Assembly: GCA_964016885.1 (NCBI GenBank)
Contig: OZ024742.1
Coordinates: forward strand, 292,020,001 to 292,084,000
Origin: Eledone cirrhosa
Taxonomy: Eukaryota
DNA length: 64,000 nucleotides
Reading direction: 5' to 3'
Both the position numbers and the translations under genes were made by a program. Shown here piece by piece: positions 36,062-50,662 of this stretch (position 1 is the first letter of the stretch; every line of letters begins with the position of its first letter). Below the pieces are notes generated by a model, which had not been told where the DNA came from, did no database searches, and saw only the letters and a program-made list of their open reading frames with translations.

Positions 36062-36265
36062 GTAAAGAGAGACCTAGAAATCCGTGCACAGAGAAGAACA
36101 AACATCCTATCTTGGCTTGGGCTTGGGATGATGGGATTACAGTTTGGGATCCTTGCTCGTCTGACTTGGTGGGAATATTCCTGGGATATCATGGAACCTG
36201 TCACCTATTTTGTTACCTATGGAACTACAATGGCCATGTATGCTTATTTTGTTGTTACTAAACAG
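36062..36265 (+). CDS. MCU: MCU exon encoding TM1 - DIME pore motif - TM2
   Basis: Not in the ORF track. Reads [68 protein letters not shown]; acceptor CCTTCACAG, donor CAG|GTAAAG; 204 nt, phase 0/0. Confidence 0.98.
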
Positions 36266-36356
36266 GTAAAGATTCACCACTTATAAAAATCTATTTCACT
36301 TTTCTTATTATTAATATATTAGAAACAATTATCATTGTCATTAATAAGGGTTGTAG

Positions 36357-36730
36357 TGGAGGCATGTGGCCTAGTGGTAAGGGTGTTGGACTTAAGATCA
36401 TAAGGTTGTGGGTTTGATTCCTGGACTGAGTTGTGTGTTGTGTTCTTGAGCAAAAACACTTCATTTCATGTTGCTCTAGTATACTCACAGGCAGTATCGG
36501 TTGAGTGTCTGACAACATACTTTATGGCATAGTTACATGTTCCGAGTTCAAATCCGGCCGAGGTTAGTTTTGCCTTTTATTCTTATGGGGTTGATAAAAT
36601 AAAGCACTAGTAATGCACTTGGGTCGATTTAATCAACTTTTCCCTTCCCAAAAATTCTTGGCCTTGTGTCTAAAGTAGAAACCAATATTAAGGGCAGTGG
36701 ATTGGCAGTGTCGGTAGAGCGTTGGACAAC
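36357..36730 (+). mobile_element. SINE cluster just downstream of the MCU pore exon
   Basis: CORE-type head (TGGCCTAGTGG...TGTGTTCTTGAGCAA) followed by a GAGTTCAAATCC-family SINE and the head of another. Confidence 0.8.
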
Positions 36731-37809
36731 ATGGTCACCTCCCACATTCTGAAGGTCCTTATATTTAGACAGTTTTTCTATGCTCAATCACCAACTACTT
36801 TGTAGTGAGTAGATTTTATTGTAGTACCAACACTAGAGAGTTGTCTTATCTCATGCAAGATTTAAAAGTCCTCTTCATTCTATGTAATCACTGTCCTTTC
36901 GAGGGAAGTGATGTCCAAAAGTTGAAAGAGGAGAGTATCATTTGAGTGTGAAGGAAGGAAATAGTGGGATAAGGGAATAGGAAAGGAACAGTGGTAGCTA
37001 CACCATTATCATCATTTTACTAACTCTCAGGTCCCCAATAGTAGGAGTGGGTGGAAAATTGGTAAGTTTTCTAAATTGTCTTCCTTGATTTTTTTTAGAA
37101 ACCTGAATTAATTGGTTAGTTTATATATTGAGACACTAACCTATCCTGTTTATTTTATAATATATGGGATTTCTTGTAATGTACTTTTTTTGTCAGGTTT
37201 TTTTAATGTCTAAAGAAAATTAATTATCGCAGGAATGCTACCACTTAAAATAAACTTTTGCCAAAGATAGATTAGCAAAATTAAATGAGTGTGGGTGGGG
37301 TGGGGGTATGCGATTGTTTGAGACCTGAGAATACATTTTCCATGCTAGCATGAGTTGGATGTGTTGTCAGAATTCGAGACAGACTGGAGAACACCGTTTT
37401 GCTCATACCCTTATATATTGTAGCATGGTTTCTACAGCTTCTAATGCCTTTCCTAATACCAGTATATACTGGGTTCATCTTATCATAGCTCTACCACTTT
37501 ACAGAATGTACTGAGTGCATTTTATCATGGCACCAGCACTACCACTTTACAGAGTGTCCTGAGTGCATCTTATCATAGCACCAGCACTTGAGTTTTACGC
37601 ATGCTCAGCTAGACTAAATAATCCTTTCTACCTGGCATTGTCTCTGTTTGATTGCCAAATACTTTAGAGTCTACTAGGTTTTCAGTACTCCTCATATGTA
37701 AAGAGTCCTCTCTACTCTATTTTATTTTGGTCATTCTAGGGGAAGAGCAGCAGCTTCATGTTATCTGTTGATATATCATATTCTTATGTGTCTTCTCTTC
37801 TATTTCCAG

Positions 37810-38007
37810 GAGTATAATTTCCTTGAAGTGAAAGACCGACAATATCTGCTGAGTTTCTACAAAAATGCTGAGAAAAAACGCCTGGACGTGCACAAGTATA
37901 ACCACTTACGAGATGCTATATCTCAGGTGGAATACGATCTACTCCGATTACGTGATCCTCTTCAATTACAGCTGCCTATAGGTCACATACAGAGGCAAAA
38001 GTCCTGA
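37810..38007 (+). CDS. MCU: MCU terminal coding exon (coiled-coil 2 and C-terminus)
   Basis: EYNFLEVKDRQYLLSFYKNAEKKRLDVHKYNHLRDAISQVEYDLLRLRDPLQLQLPIGHIQRQKS*; pyrimidine tract and TTTCCAG acceptor; TGA 38005-38007. Confidence 0.96.
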   Translation, partial: EYNFLEVKDRQYLLSFYKNAEKKRLDVHKYNHLRDAISQVEYDLLRLRDPLQLQLPIGHIQRQKS

Positions 38008-38384
38008 GACTGGCTTTGATTTCACAGCCCCCCCCCCCTCACTGCGACTACTGCTACTGTGTTAATGTTCATGGACTACTACTACTTGAATACTACTACT
38101 ACTACTTGAATACTACTACTACTACTTCAACTACTACTACTACTTATGGTGTTGGCCACCACAGTTGCGATTCACTCTGACTTTGCTTCAACTAACTAAT
38201 TCATTCATTTGTGGTACTTTTTACTCAACCTTTTTTATAGTAAAACATCTCTTTGTATATTAACTGTAGCATTTTGTTGCCAGTGGTTTACCTCAATCAC
38301 ACAGATAAAATATATCTTCTTATTTTGTTACTAATATATCTACAATCTTGATTGGTCAAAATTAAATAATAATAATAATAATAA

Positions 38385-39100
38385 TAATAGCCTTCTAATC
38401 AAAGTATCGGTCCCTACAGATGATAATATATCTCCCAAAGAAATAGAGAAATTATCCAAATACAAAGATCTAGAAATAGTGATAACCTGAATGTGGAGAT
38501 GAAAACAGAAATAATTCCTATAAGCACACAGGTATATAATATGCAGAAAATTATTGTGTACAGTGCTTGGGTGCACTATAACTAATCAAAGGTGCATGTA
38601 TAGTACATAGAATAATGTACAAAAGTCAGGAAAGTGAACAGTGTATGAGTCATGATACACACCATACACACACACGTGTGTGTATGAAATAATATAAATA
38701 ATATAACCAAAATACTGGGACTTAAAAATATATACAACATATAGAAAATAAGCACTGCTCACACATTACAAAGAGTACTTTCGATACAATAAAACAGCAA
38801 CATCAAACACATAACACCGTACATATCCAAGGTGCATAGAGCCATGCTTGTTAGTGCAGTAATGGCACTCAATGGAAATAAGACTAATGATGGTAATAAT
38901 AAAGTTATATCAATAGTATTTGGTGCCATTGGCTCCATTCCTAACAAGCTCACAGCACATATCAGTGAGCTAAATATAACACCTAGCATTGTGTCTCTAG
39001 AGAAATCAGCACTCCTTGGAACTGCCAACAACCTGCAGTAAGTTATTCTCTTCCCAAGGCCCTTGGAGAGCACCTAGAATATGCCCAGGTTAAGACCTTA
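38385..39100 (+). pseudogene. Remnants of R4/Dong-type restriction-like endonuclease 3' ends
   Basis: VSVPTDDNISPKEIEKLSKYKDLEI and VISIVFGAIGS...EKSALLGTA resemble the C-terminus of the 55861-59500 element; another remnant at 54730-55026. Confidence 0.7.
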
Positions 39101-42100
39101 AATACTCTTAATAGAATAATGATGATATGATAATAATTATTATTATTATATTATATTTATTATTTTCGGGATCGATAAATAAAGTACCAGTAATGCACTG
39201 GTGTCGATTTACTCGATTTTCCCTTCCCCAAAAATTGCTGGCCTTGTGTCTATAGTAGAAACAATTATTATTATTATTAACTATAATTGAACAAATTAAA
39301 GAATCTCAAAGGACTCTTGGTCATTGTATATGACTCAATCTTGAGATTGTAATAATGGCACAAGATTTATCTGTTATATAGAAAATAATAATAGTGATAT
39401 TAATACTACAACTACTACCAATAATAATAATGGTAATAATAATGATGGTAATGATAATTATAATGAAATGGAAATGCGGAAAAGTGAAGCTTTTTGTGAA
39501 GGATGAAAACAAAAAGAAAAGCGTTGAAATAAAAGTGAAACTCACCTCTCATTGGTTCAAACAAATCCCCTCCTCTCTTTTTCTTGTCTCGCTTTCTACC
39601 TCCCACTCCTCCCTCTCCTCTCTACCTTCCCTTCTTCCCCCCCCCCCCCCCCCTTTCCGACATCCAGGCTGTTGTGATGATAAACTTACATTGCTTTCTT
39701 TAAACAATTTTAAATATTGTAAATCTTTTTAATTAGTTTTATTTAAAATTGAGTTTTTTTATTTTATTTCTCTTTCTTTGAAAAAACCTAGTGTTTGTGT
39801 AACTGAAGTGTTTGTTTACAAACCTCTTTGAAATGAAATTTCCCTTTTTCACAAACAAATAATTTTACCCCTGCTAATTAGAGAAACACAGCTAATTGGC
39901 AATCATTAGGTGGGTGGGATGGAATGCTTTGAGATTTCCATTCCAGCTCTTTGCTCTGTGAGTTCAAATTCTACCTTGGCCAACTTTCAGGGTTGATAAA
40001 AAAAAGTACCAGTTCAATATTGGAGAGTTAATCTCTCTCTCCTCTGTCTTACTTTCTTAGAAAGAAAGTGGTTGTGGTTAAACCTGGAGAGGGATGCTGC
40101 TGCTAGGTTTATAAACTACTCAAGACACTGCCACAATGGTACCCCTACTACTCCATTAGAAGGTATGTTTAGTTATTAAGAATCAGAAGTAAGAGGGATA
40201 ACTGAAACTTATAGAACCTATTTATGTTTCAAGGCTTTTGTTTTATCTCTTTGTTATTTTCAACTAAAATATAAACAGCAGCTTGTTCAATGCATAATAA
40301 AGAAATAAGTATATTTAACTTGACCCAATCTTAATTAGTCTATTTTAATGTCCTCTTTTATATTTTTTATAGTTATTTTAACTAAATTCTAAATAAGAAT
40401 ATGTTTATACTAGATCAGTGTATGATAATTTTTTCAAATCACATATTTAACTAATATTTTGGGGGTTTTTCTGAACATAAGTCTTATATATTGCTTCCCT
40501 ACTCCATTAACCTTTTTCTTTCTACCTAACATCTACCTTATATTTTTCTGCTTCATTAACCCCTTTGATATCAACCCAAACAAAACCAAATGTTTTAATT
40601 TCAAATCTTTCAACATTGATATAAAAAATCTTCTAAGTTATGTTACAAATGCCATCTTAATGAAATAATTAATAACTTCTGTAAATTCAGAAAGATTCTT
40701 CAATAACCCTTTTGATACCAACCAAAACCACTTATTTTAAAGGGTTCTCATTTAAATTAAAATCTTCTAACATAATTTTATTTAAGGTACTATCTTAATG
40801 AAATAATTGATAGTTATAGTAAATAGGATTCTTCATTAATTAATTGACATTCAATCATAAAAGTTTTAACTATTTCTCTCTACCCAACATCTACTTTGTG
40901 CCCTACTACAACACTATATACATCTCTACAAAATCTTAACCCCACTAGTTTGTTATTGGTGTTGAAATCTTGCTTTTTATACCTTCATTTCATTTAACAT
41001 ATTACTAACTACTAATACTAATATGAACTATAACTATAACATGTTTACTGTTTTATTGCTTACCTTATAGTTAGGCTGTGAATTAGCAGAGTTGGTTTAA
41101 ATGTCATGCAGCAGTAGTTGTTCTGGCTCTCTGAACTTTGAGTTCAAATCCCACTTAAATCAACTTTGCCGTTCATCCTTATAGAGTTGATAAAGTACTG
41201 GTCCAGGATGGCAAATTGGCCAAGTTGTTAGAGTATTGGATTAAATGCCTTGCAACAGTATTTGATCCTGAACTCAGGGTTCAAACCCCACTGAAGTCAA
41301 CTTTGCCTTTCATACTTTTGGAGTTGATAAATGAAATCACTCCAAGGTGATAGATTGGCAGAATTGTTAGAATGTCAGACAGGATGCCTTACAGTATTGG
41401 TTGTGCATTTTGATTTCAAATCTCATTTCATGACACCAGAAAAATGGTCCCCTATCATTAAAACGTGCAAGTGACTTCTTATGAGATGTAACCTGCATAG
41501 ATGTGAGCTATAATAACAATAACAGTATCCAAGTTTAAAACAAGGGAGGACTTTGGAGTTAAGTTGGAATCTGACAATAAATTAAGTATTGTGGCAGACA
41601 ATCTGCCAAGAAGTCCCCCTCTATGCCTGCTATCAGAAACTAATCTTGTGCATCCTCACAAGGTGGAGAGAATACATTGCAGATCTCCTGAATCTGGTCA
41701 CATCGGATGCACATCCGATGCATTTAGGAGTAAGGGTGGGGGATTCAGCTTGAGATGTTAAAAGCCTTAAATAGAGACCCTGAAAACATTTAGGGTCACA
41801 GACACTGCTTTTCCATCCCTGACTAAGTGGTAAAAATAAAAAAAATACATTAATTTTATGCATGAATAAATCATTAATGTTTGTTTTGTTCCCTCTCGTG
41901 ATTTTCCCTGACAATTGTACAGAATTACCTTGTGATACTAAAGACTATTATTCCATTAATACTAGAATGTCTCTATAGACACAACTTACATTAAATTTCT
42001 TTTAAAGTTCTCTATCTGTCTAAAGTAATTCAAAAGTGATATTACATGGCATCTACTACTACAAATGGCAAAGAGTTGTTAGAATGTTGGATAGAATACT

Positions 42101-43609
42101 TTACGGTATTTTTTCCGATTCTGTGCTCTGAGTTCAAATACTGTTGAAGTCAACTTTGCATTTGATCCTTTGAGATTGACAAAAAAAGTACCAGTCAAAT
42201 ACTGGGGGCCGATTCTCACTTTCCCTCTTTCTCTGGAAGAAATTGACTGCTCAGACCTGGAGAGGAGGTGGTTTAAAATGCCCAAGAAACACTCTGTCTC
42301 TGCAGCGTCCCTATGACTCCACCAGGAGTTACAGGTACATATATACTACAACTGCTATTATATTTCTAAAATGTTTTAAGTAAATCTTACAACCCCTCAA
42401 ATAATATATCATAAAACAAAATGGCTATTTTGTTTGTTTTTATTTTTTTCAACCATTTCCAATATTTCTCTCATATCTAAAAATATTTTCATTTTCGTTC
42501 TAAGTACAATCTAAAAAATTAGGAAAACAGACATTCTTGTTTGTGTGTAAAACACACACACTCATATATATATATCATCATTTTATGTCTACTTTCCATG
42601 ATGGTGGGTTGGATGAGTTGTCACAGTTTGTGATGCCTTATTCATATTTTCCATATTTTGGCATAATTTCTATTGCTGGAGGCCCAGCCTCACAACAGTG
42701 TATACTGGGTGCATATTATCATAGCATTAGCACTAGAGAGGTTGCCACGTACTCTGCAAGGCTGAACTGTCCTCTCTATATTGTTTCAATATATCGATTC
42801 AACCCATGCCAGCATGGAAAGAAAACATAAGATTGATGATATATCAACCTCATAAGCCATTTTTAGGACAATTGAATAAATTCATTGAAGGATAGAGTGC
42901 TGTGGAATCTCTAGTTTGAGCCAGCTCAACTCATTCCAGGTGAATGCCAACATACGTTCCTTGAAGTACAGAATGCTGTGGATAAACTGATTGGAGTCAA
43001 CTCAACTCATTTTGGGTGAATACTGAGACATACAGGTAAGTTCCTGGAAGGATAAGTTAGCCATTGAACCCCAGAATTATTAGCTTCAAATTTGTTCAGA
43101 GTAGATATCAATTCTACTTCATTTCTCTGCCAGTTTGGCTTCTTCCCTCCTTGCGCGAGTTATATTTTGATATCAAGAGTGAAAACTAGATTAAAGTAAA
43201 AACAAACAGTACAAAACAACAGTTTACACTTTTACTTTATATTTTATAATATTTCGAGGTTAAGGCCTCTTTTTCAAAAGTAAGAAAACGGAGTGTAGTG
43301 TTGGCAACAAGTGACAATTTACTACATGATGTTACAGTGTTTTGAGGAAGGAATATTCTGGGTTTCAGGTCATCTTCTTTTAAACTTTTGTAGGACAAGA
43401 GATTGAGAAGGCTATTCCTTTGAAAAAAGAAAAAAAAACAGTAGTGGCTGCTTGTTTGTGTGTGTATGTATATGTAGGAATATATTTATGTGTGTGCGCT
43501 TCTGTGAGTGCATATGTGTGAAATAATTCCAACTATAAACTGAAAATTACGTCATTGACTTCACACACAAAGAATTCACTTCAACTGTCTTTTACCTGCT
43601 GCTCACGCA

Positions 43610-44035
43610 CACACACATACACACACATATACATACTCATACACACACACATGCCAATATATGTACATATATATATATATGCATACATATATATACATAT
43701 ATATACATGCATGTATATATATACACACGCATATATATATATATATACATGCATGTATATATATATATACACATGCATATATATATATACATGCATGTAT
43801 ATATATATACATGCATGTATATATATACACACGCATATATATATATACACATGCATATATATATACATGCATGTATATATATGCACATGCACATATATAT
43901 ATATATACATGCATGTATATACACACACGCATATATATATATATATGTATACATATATATATATATACGCATGTATATATATATACATACACATATATAT
44001 ATGTATACGCATATATACACATATATATATATATA
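43610..44035. repeat. Compound (TA)/(CATG) microsatellite
   Basis: Direct reading; similar tract at 46330-46603. Confidence 0.95.
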
Positions 44036-44444
44036 CTTACCTGTATGAATACCATAATCTAAATGCCACAAATTTTTATCAATCAACATTAAATGTTCAT
44101 ACATTGTCTATAATCTTATTTATTATACTGAAGTATGATATGATGAAAAGCATGACAAGAGCGAGTGAAGAAAATAACATTTATCTCTGCATCTCAACTC
44201 ATTCTTGTTATTTCCCATAGATTTCATCTGTTATCTCCTTCCCAACCTTTTCACTGCAATTTTTAACTTCTTGATCACACCTCTAGTATGATACTTCAAG
44301 TAAAACACACTTTCTGCGCACCTGTAATAAACTCTAAACTAATATAATGCATAAATATGTGTGTGTGCATGTATGCGTGTTTGTGTGCGTGTGTGTGTAA
44401 TGATATTATTGTTGTTATTATTATTATTATTATTATTAACATTA

Positions 44445-45300
44445 AGGGAGGTGGTTTGGCAGTATCGGTAAAGCGTCAGACACCATGCTTTGCGACAGTC
44501 GTGGCCCTTTATGTTCTGAGTTAAAATCCCGCCGAGGTTAGTTTTGCCTTTCAGGGTCGATAAAATAAAGCATTAGTAATGCACTTGGGTAATTGCTGGC
44601 CTTGTGCTAAAAGTAGAAATCTTATTATTATCATTATTATTATGTGGATTGGCAGAATTGCTTATGGACTGACAAATACTGAGAGGTATTTAGTTATTGG
44701 CCTTTGCATATATATCTGACCTTGGTTAACTTTGCCTTTCATCCTTTCAGAGGTTGATGAAACAATGTACCAGTCAAGAACTGGGATCAATTTAATAGAC
44801 TACCTCTTACCCCAAATTGCTGGCCAATGTTAGAAAGAAATAATTACTATTATTATTATTATAAGGGCAGTGGATTGGCAGTATCGGTAGAGGGTCGGGC
44901 GCCATGCTTTGCAGCAAAGAGTATGGCTCCTTATGGACTGAGTTCAAATCCCGCCAAGGTTAACTTTGCCTTTCATCCTTACGTGGTCGATAAAATAAAG
45001 TACCAGTAATGTACTGGGTAATTGCTGGCCTTGTGCCAAAAGTAGAAACAATTATTATTATCATTATTAGGGCAGTGGATTGGCAAAATCAGTAGAGCGT
45101 CAGACTCCCTGCTTCGTGACATAGAGTTATGACCCTTTACATTCTGAGTTCAAATCCCGCCGAAGTTAACTTTGCATTTCATCCTTATGGGGTTGATAAA
45201 ATAAAGTACCAGTCATGCACTGGATTCAATTTAATAGACTTTCACCTCCCCCATAATTGCTGGCCTTGTGCCTAATTCAGAAACCATTATTATCATTATT
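44445..45300 (+). mobile_element. Head-to-tail cluster of four tRNA-derived SINEs
   Basis: Starts at ~44445, 44643, 44865, 45069; A box TGGCAGTATCGG, B box GAGTTCAAATCC, each ending in (ATT)n. Confidence 0.9.
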
Positions 45301-46179
45301 ATAGTGTTGATCAGTAAATATCAAAATGTTTATTTTTAATTAATTTGTTTTTGTGTGCAAATGTTTCTAAATTTTAGCTTATATTATGTTGTCAAATATT
45401 GATCCAAAACAAGTATATTTTAATGTCTTCCTTTTAATTTATTTCTCTCCCTATTTTCTCCTTTCGTTTTTTAGATATCTCAATAAACTCTATATTCCAT
45501 TAATTATATAACATATGTCTTTATTTTTTAAAGGTATTTCTAAACAAATTATGTTCTTATAAATCTGAAATTATAAAAATAGCATTTTAGTTTGTTAAAC
45601 ATTTACCACAACCCACCTGAGAACATTTATCGTTCTATGACACAGAATTGTCTGTTTCAAAGCATGCATTTAAACAAAAAACCTCCCAACATAAATCTAT
45701 GTAAGAATCTTTTGTTGTGCTCTAAACACAAACTTAATAATAGATAACTTAGTTATTTTATTAAACCCCATAAAATTCTAAATTATTTTAAAAATTGACT
45801 GAAATAAATAGACAGCATATTTCATTAAAGTTATGGTCACAAAATAGTTAATCTGTTTTATTTTATTGGTATTTTTATTTTCTCCTGTTATAACATTATA
45901 TATATACTGTATTTCTGCACTTTAATTTAAAATATTACATTGACTCACTGATTGGAAAAGCTGGCCAACACTTTAATTATATATATTTCTATAATCTTTT
46001 AATGAAGTTTCATAAAAGTGTCAAATACGTGTGGTTTTGGATTGGTAAGCAACTGATTCACAAATAAAACATTGTTGAACTTCTGGAAACTCTAAAGACA
46101 TGTAAAGCAATTCAAATTACTGATTATTGCATTCTAAAATTAATGCCATCCCTTTTGAATATCTGACTGAGTGAGACAA

Positions 46180-46210
<31 letters not shown>

Positions 46211-48011
46211 GTGTGTGTGTGTATGCGTTTTTAACCTTTTTACACCTTTTGATTTTGGTGAAAAATCTACATCCGGAACCTTGCGTTTCTTAATAAATTA
46301 CTTCTCTGTCAGTTTAAATCTTTCTTGTTTTATATATATATATTTACATATATATATATTTACACATATATTTACATAAATATATATATACATGTGTATA
46401 TATATATATATACACGTATGTATATATATTTACACACATATATATATATATATACACGTATGTATATATTTTTACACACACATATATATACATGTATATA
46501 TATTTACACACATATATGTTTATATATTTACACACATATATATATATATATATGTATATATATTTACACATATATATATGTATATATATTTACATATATA
46601 TATGAACTTTTAAAATGTCCTGGACAAACAGTTGTTGACGACGCCAGATTTTTAAAGAAGGGGGAAAAAATTTAAAAGCCATTTTTCATCTGGGGGTTTA
46701 ACTTCGTTGGGAAGCTGACTTTGGTTAAAACAAGAGGCAGCTGACTCAGTATATTGAGGGTGGGTAATGCTGACTGTTGAGATGATTCAGAAAGTTGCTG
46801 TGCTACACACTCCGGCCTTTCAATAATAATAATAATATTAATATTATTCACCCTATTGTTATTTACTAATGTTTATAATAATAATTCTAAATTTTAAATG
46901 AACAAAGAACTTTCTTTTCGATTTAAATCTCTCTCTGTCTCTAACTATCTATCTATCTCTTCTTTTTTATTTTGTCCTTAATTTCTGCTGCCTGCCAAGA
47001 TTGCTGAGTAGCACATTATTAATAAAATTATGGAAAAAAAAAAACATGAAAAAGGATGTTACAGGTGTCAAATTCCTATTGTTATCTAGGTATCAAAGTT
47101 TATATTGTTATAAGCTTCAAAATCAAAGAATTCAAACCGTTTTTTCAATATCATCTGCATGTTATTTTACCAATTTCATTTTTTGGTTTTTTTTACCTGT
47201 CAAAATTCTGTATTATGAAGCTTAAAATAAAGATCTGGTGATATATTAATTAAGGTGTTGCAAACATCTTTCTCTTACAATTACGTCCATATTAGCACTG
47301 CCATTAACCAAGAAAATGTCTCAAATCAACCAATTAATTATAGTTAGGATTTAAATTATTATCTCAGATAATTTGATACAGTTTCTGAGAGTTTTGATAC
47401 AGTTTCTGAGAGATTAGTTTTTATTCTTTCAGTTAGTAGTTATATAAATGTATATATATATAACACATAGTGATAAATTCATTACATTTGTACAAATGTT
47501 TCAATGTGTACAAATTTTAATGGATTAAAACATTTGTACAAATGGAAAGAAACATTATTACTTAATTAATCAATATTTACTCTACATACACATGTATTGT
47601 GTCCATTGTTTTTGAAAACTTTTTGAAGACTATTATTATCTTATGCATCTGTTAGTATTGACTAATGTAAGATTAAGTACTCAATATCATAAAAGACATT
47701 ATTAGTTTACTAAGGCTGATTACTAAGGCCTATTACATTGGAGTTTCTCCTGTGTACTACAAATTCCTCAGACAGCTAAACAATGGTTTCCCAGTATTTA
47801 AGTGCTTGAAGAACCTGTAACACATGGGGAACTCTAGAGTAACAGGCTACTGGATCAGCCTTATAAATTGGGTTCTGATATAGTGAATTTAGTAGTCCAA
47901 AGAAGAAATCAATATTTGTAAATGAGTAAATATTAGTTGATTTATAAATTTTCTTACAAAAAAAGCTATCAAGAGATATACATATAAACTGAACCAAGTG
48001 CAACTCATTAC

Positions 48012-48057
48012 TTCTCTGAAGAGGCTTAGCTGAAACAACATGGTTATGTTGTAAGAA
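48012..48057 (+). ncRNA. Canonical type I hammerhead ribozyme motif
   Basis: UUCU CUGAAGA GGC UUA GCU GAAA CAACAU GGUU AUGUUG UA|AGAA: all core nucleotides, 7-bp stem III, GUA triplet. Confidence 0.78.
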
Positions 48058-48257
48058 AATGAATAATCAACTTATGTGTATATATTATATGCATGCAAGT
48101 TTTAAAGCCAATTTCTCTACTAAAGCATTGTGAGACCCATGACAAGCTTTATACTCATCATGTGATCCTTTTTAAGGCAATGTTATACAGCCTGGTGCCA
48201 ACTTCTTACAGAATGCAGGGATACAATGTACCTATCCAACACTGGATACACAGCAGA

Positions 48258-48297
<40 letters not shown>

Positions 48298-48300
<3 letters not shown>

Positions 48301-48480
48301 GGCACATGGCTTAGTGGCTAGAGCATAGGCCTTGCAATTGAAAGGTTGTGAGTTCAATTCTCAGACTGGGTGATGTGTTGTGTCCTTGAGCAAGACACTT
48401 TAGTTCACATTGCTCCAGTTTACTCAGCTGTAGAAATGAGATGATAGGGACTGGGGTCCATATCATTCCACTGCAAGGTG
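48298..48480 (+). mobile_element. tRNA-derived CORE-type SINE
   Basis: TGGCTTAGTGG A box, GAGTTCAATTC B box, TGTGTCCTTGAGCAAGACACTT. Confidence 0.8.
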
Positions 48481-50662
48481 GTCGTGGAGGTGCCACTCAC
48501 TGTAAATGAGGTTGGTGTTAGGAAGGGCATCCAGCTGTAGAAATCAAGCCAGAATCAGTTCCCGTCCCACCCTTGCAAGCAGGGAAAAGCGAACGTAAAA
48601 TGATGATGATGATATATGGGTGTGTGTATACAATATATATATATATATGAGTGTGTGTATACAATATATATATATGTATATAAACATAAAATGATAATAA
48701 TAAAATATTTATGTACATGTGTGTATGTATATATACATACATACACACACTTACATCATCATCATTTATTGTCCCTTTTCTCTGCAAGCAAGAGTTGGAT
48801 GGGTTGTCACAGACCAAGTCAGTACTTAAGGAGAACGACTGATGTTTCTGACAGGGTATGAGCTAGCTGCATCTCACTTACATTCCCACATTCTACAGAG
48901 TGCACAACGTACATTTTATTGTGACACCAACATGAGGGAGGTTGTCATGTCTTTGACTAAGCTGAAGAGTCCTCTTCACCATTAGTTTAGCAAGTTTTCT
49001 GTGACTGGATACCCTTCTTTTACCTATATGATTTATCTAGTTCAGAAACGGTATTCTTTTTCCTTAGCCTTCCTTGGATTTGGCCAGGCCAACTTGGCAG
49101 CTAATTTACTGCAGATATTAAAAATAATTCACCAGAAAATTAAGTGTTTAATTAGTAATAATAATAATAATGATGATTATGATGGACAGAATTTGTAACT
49201 TCTATGCTACATTTTCACTCACTTTATATGTGTGTGAGTATGGGTACTTTCAGGTGTATGTATATATGAACATACATTTGAATGTTTGTGCATGCGTACA
49301 TGAGTGCGTGTGTCTTCATGTGTGAGTGGTGTCTGTGTGAGTATGAAGTACATTGTGTGCATGCGTACGTGTATCTGCAGTATATTGTGTGAGTGTATGC
49401 AGCATACTGTGTGAATGTGTGCATGCATATGAATGTATAAGTGTGTGCATGTGTATGCAATAGATTTATACAAAAATCCAACTGAGCAAAGCCCAAGACA
49501 TATCTTTAAGATAAAAGGTATTTAGAAAAATAATTTTTATTTTTAACTTTTTTGGTTTTATTTTTACTTGACTTTTAACATGGAATATTTTTTATTTTAC
49601 AAAACCTTGTTTTATATCAAATTACTGTTTTAATTTTGTTTTTCATTTTTTTATTTCATTTTAATTTTATTTTTTAAAGTTTGCTATAAGATCTAAGAAT
49701 AAAACTCCACAAATTTATAAACTTACCCACTTTTTTATTATGGCTATTTTCACCTCAAATACAAAAAAAAAAATCATTGAAAATAAAATAAAAAAAAGTT
49801 GGCCAGTTTATTAAGGCTGAAAAACTTTTGTTTAAATTGAATTATAATAACGATTATTAATGAAATTTTAGTTTTAAGTGCTTTCATTTTATTTTGGATG
49901 TTGATTACGATCCACATTTTGTATCCTGTTTCTTATACAATAAAAGCAATATTTGTTGAAATTCATAATCTGTCTTTTTGTTATGACTCCATTTTGTTGA
50001 AGTGACAAAAAAATAAAATAATAATTGAATATACAAAGATTTAATTCTTGATTATACTGTGGCACATGAAACCATATTCAGAAACGTTTTTGAAAAGTAC
50101 AAACACTAGTAAAAGTTAGTTTTACTCTATTACTACACATTTTTATATAGATCTGTACCCTGATAAAGATATTCTTAACATTTGAATTAAAAAACTACAT
50201 GAAACCATATTAGCAAGACATTCTTGAAACAACAGTATCACTACATCACATTAAAAATGTAAATACTGCTAATTTTCATAAAGATTTCACCACTACCAAA
50301 GATATTTTAAAGATTTGAATTAAAACATCACACTGGCAAGATATTTGCCTGCATCACATTAAAAATTAAAGTCTCTACTTTAATATTGCATATTTTTACA
50401 ATGATTTGTCCACTAGTAGAAACACTATGAACATTTAAAATTAGCAAAACTGTTTTTAGATATTTTCTGTGAATCATTACCAGAATCATTAAGATATAAT
50501 TGACCTTTCTTTCCACTTTTTTACTGGTTTCAATTATTGAACTGTGGCCATGCTTGAACACTGCCCTCAAGAGATTTAGTCAATCATATTGACTACAGTA
50601 TTGGTATTGGTATTTTTTAGGTCTAGTAATTTATTCCAGAATATATTTTAAATACTCAATAT

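Noticed and set aside
35908-36261. 117-aa ORF overlapping the pore exon
   Set aside because: Wrong frame; the MCU frame starts at 36062.
48298-48370. tRNA genes (also 36357, 44865)
   Set aside because: A and B boxes run into SINE bodies and no full cloverleaf is evident.
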